Positions 62,951 to 64,000 of a stretch of 64,000 nucleotides of DNA are shown here, one piece after another. The position numbers and the translations under genes are program-made. Source of the stretch: Basidiobolus meristosporus CBS 931.73 (lineage: Eukaryota; Fungi; Basidiobolomycota). The stretch spans positions 93,865 through 157,864 of the forward strand of contig MCFE01000135.1 of assembly GCA_002104905.1 (NCBI GenBank), in the 5' to 3' direction. Under the pieces are notes generated by a model that was not told the origin of the DNA, did no database searches, and saw only the letters and a program-made list of their open reading frames with translations. Positions within the stretch are counted from its first letter, which is position 1. Every line of letters starts with the position of its first letter.

Positions 62951-63484
62951 GGGGAGGGGGGAGGAAAGTCACCAAGTGGTGAAATCTTTATTTACTTATG
63001 ACAAGTATCTAAAGAAGCCAAGTTAATCTGAAGTAATTCCTAGAAAGCTAGGTCTGAGAGATATCTTCCTGGTAAGCCAGGTCTGAGAGTTGAGAAGCTG
63101 AGTGGTACTATATTTCCTAGTTAGCTAGGTCTGAGAGAGGTTTCCTGGAAAGCCAGGCCTGAGAAGTGAGAATCTGAATATATCTGAGCTAAGTTATACT
63201 GGTTTGCGGTAGCTGAATTGTGGCCGGAATGGCCAGTAGACTGGGGGAACTGAGATGAATTTCTGGGCAATCACTGGCCAAATTTACTAGGCAAATCTGG
63301 CCAATTAGCATTTCAAGGATTTCAGCCAATCAGAGCCTTTACTTTGCCCGATGGTTGATCAAGCCATCTCCCAATGAGCACACATCAATTTATTAATCAA
63401 ATTTTGCTGGATCCAGGATTTGAACCCACAACCATGGGTATGGAAGGGTTAGGGATAACCACAAGGCTAAGTGTTCTTGGTTTG
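62951..63484 (-). mobile_element. Candidate full-length tRNA-headed SINE-like element (Y4), ~535 nt
   Basis: Minus strand: A-box-like TAGCCTTGTGG (63469-63459), B-box GGTTCAAATCC (63426-63416), no TTTT run, and a 3' tail shared with the LINE. Confidence 0.65.
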
Positions 63485-63488
63485 GTTA

Positions 63489-63763
63489 GGGGGGAGACAG
63501 TCACCAACAGGTGAAATCTTTATTTCAGTTGAAACAAAGAAGCCAGCGCTACTGTTGTAGCTTTGATACATGAGTGTGTAGCTGAGGGGAATTTGTAGGT
63601 AAGTTAATAAGAAGTGATGATAGCTCTTCAGTGCTCAAGACACTGTTCAGTGGGAAGGAGGGTAGCAAGAGAGGTAAGAATGACTTGTGAACAACATTAA
63701 TGAGGGGAATGTGATAAGGATTGATATTCATCATAAAGGGAGTGTGCTGCTGCAGATATTGCT
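63489..63763 (-). mobile_element. Terminal 5'-truncated LINE copy (last ~270 nt) capped directly by the telomere
   Basis: Matches 58806-59080 with a few substitutions; ATATTGCT continues as TAGGG instead of GCCAAAGG. Confidence 0.93.
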
Positions 63764-64000
63764 TAGGGTTAGGGTTAGGGTTAGGGTTAGGGTTAGGGTT
63801 AGGGTTAGGGTTAGGGTTAGGGTTAGGGTTAGGGTTAGGGTTAGGGTTAGGGTTAGGGTTAGGGTTAGGGTTAGGGTTAGGGTTAGGGTTAGGGTTAGGG
63901 TTAGGGTTAGGGTTAGGGTTAGGGTTAGGGTTAGGGTTAGGGTTAGGGTTAGGGTTAGGGTTAGGGTTAGGGTTAGGGTTAGGGTTAGGGTTAGGGTTAG
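63763..64000 (+). repeat. Telomere, (TTAGGG)n, 39 full repeats plus TTAG to the window end
   Basis: Read directly; G-rich strand runs 5'->3' toward the end. Confidence 0.99.

Noticed and set aside
62951-63484. Y4 as the host telomerase RNA gene or a functional tRNA
   Set aside because: It is multi-copy, truncated and mobile in pattern; the cloverleaf stems do not pair, and no pseudoknot or TWJ was recognised. Only a template-like 9-mer supports the idea.

Overview
Eukaryotic (fungal) chromosome end. The + strand runs into about 40 perfect TTAGGG repeats (63763-64000). Bases 1-55.6 kb are a compact, gene-dense arm with short GT-AG introns (mostly 50-135 nt, CTAAC-type branch points). Genes there: VPS13 (5'-partial), acyl-CoA synthetase, a secreted Lys/Pro/Tyr-rich tandem-repeat protein, an AFF/Ebp1-like protein, CYC8/SSN6, NOL10/ENP2, RPL10, RPS10, RIO2, an SDR, RPL3, a PX protein, STF2-like, TatD, coronin, an RRM protein, ERG26, an alpha/beta hydrolase, an F-box/WD40 protein, trifunctional TRP1, GCV1, HEH1/SRC1, a GH16 and FET4. 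The gene set and intron style suggest an early-diverging fungus (inference; I cannot name it). The main finding is the last 7 kb: a head-to-tail array of retroelements, all with 3' ends pointing to the centromere, joined at TTAGGG-derived junctions. It holds (i) one apparently full-length two-ORF APE-RT LINE plus two fragments, and (ii) four copies of a non-coding partner. The longest partner copy has a tRNA-like A/B-box head and shares the LINE's 3' stem-loop/AATAAA/C-run tail, so it is a candidate telomere-targeted SINE. LINE ORF1 and ORF2 are in frame, separated by one UGA-CUA, and ORF2 has no usable AUG, which suggests stop-codon readthrough. The element is almost CpG-free yet its ORFs are intact. 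Several 1-nt indels in host genes (including RIO2) point to residual sequencing errors, so single-base claims need read-level checks. All coordinates, splice sites and homologies were read by eye; no database search was run.
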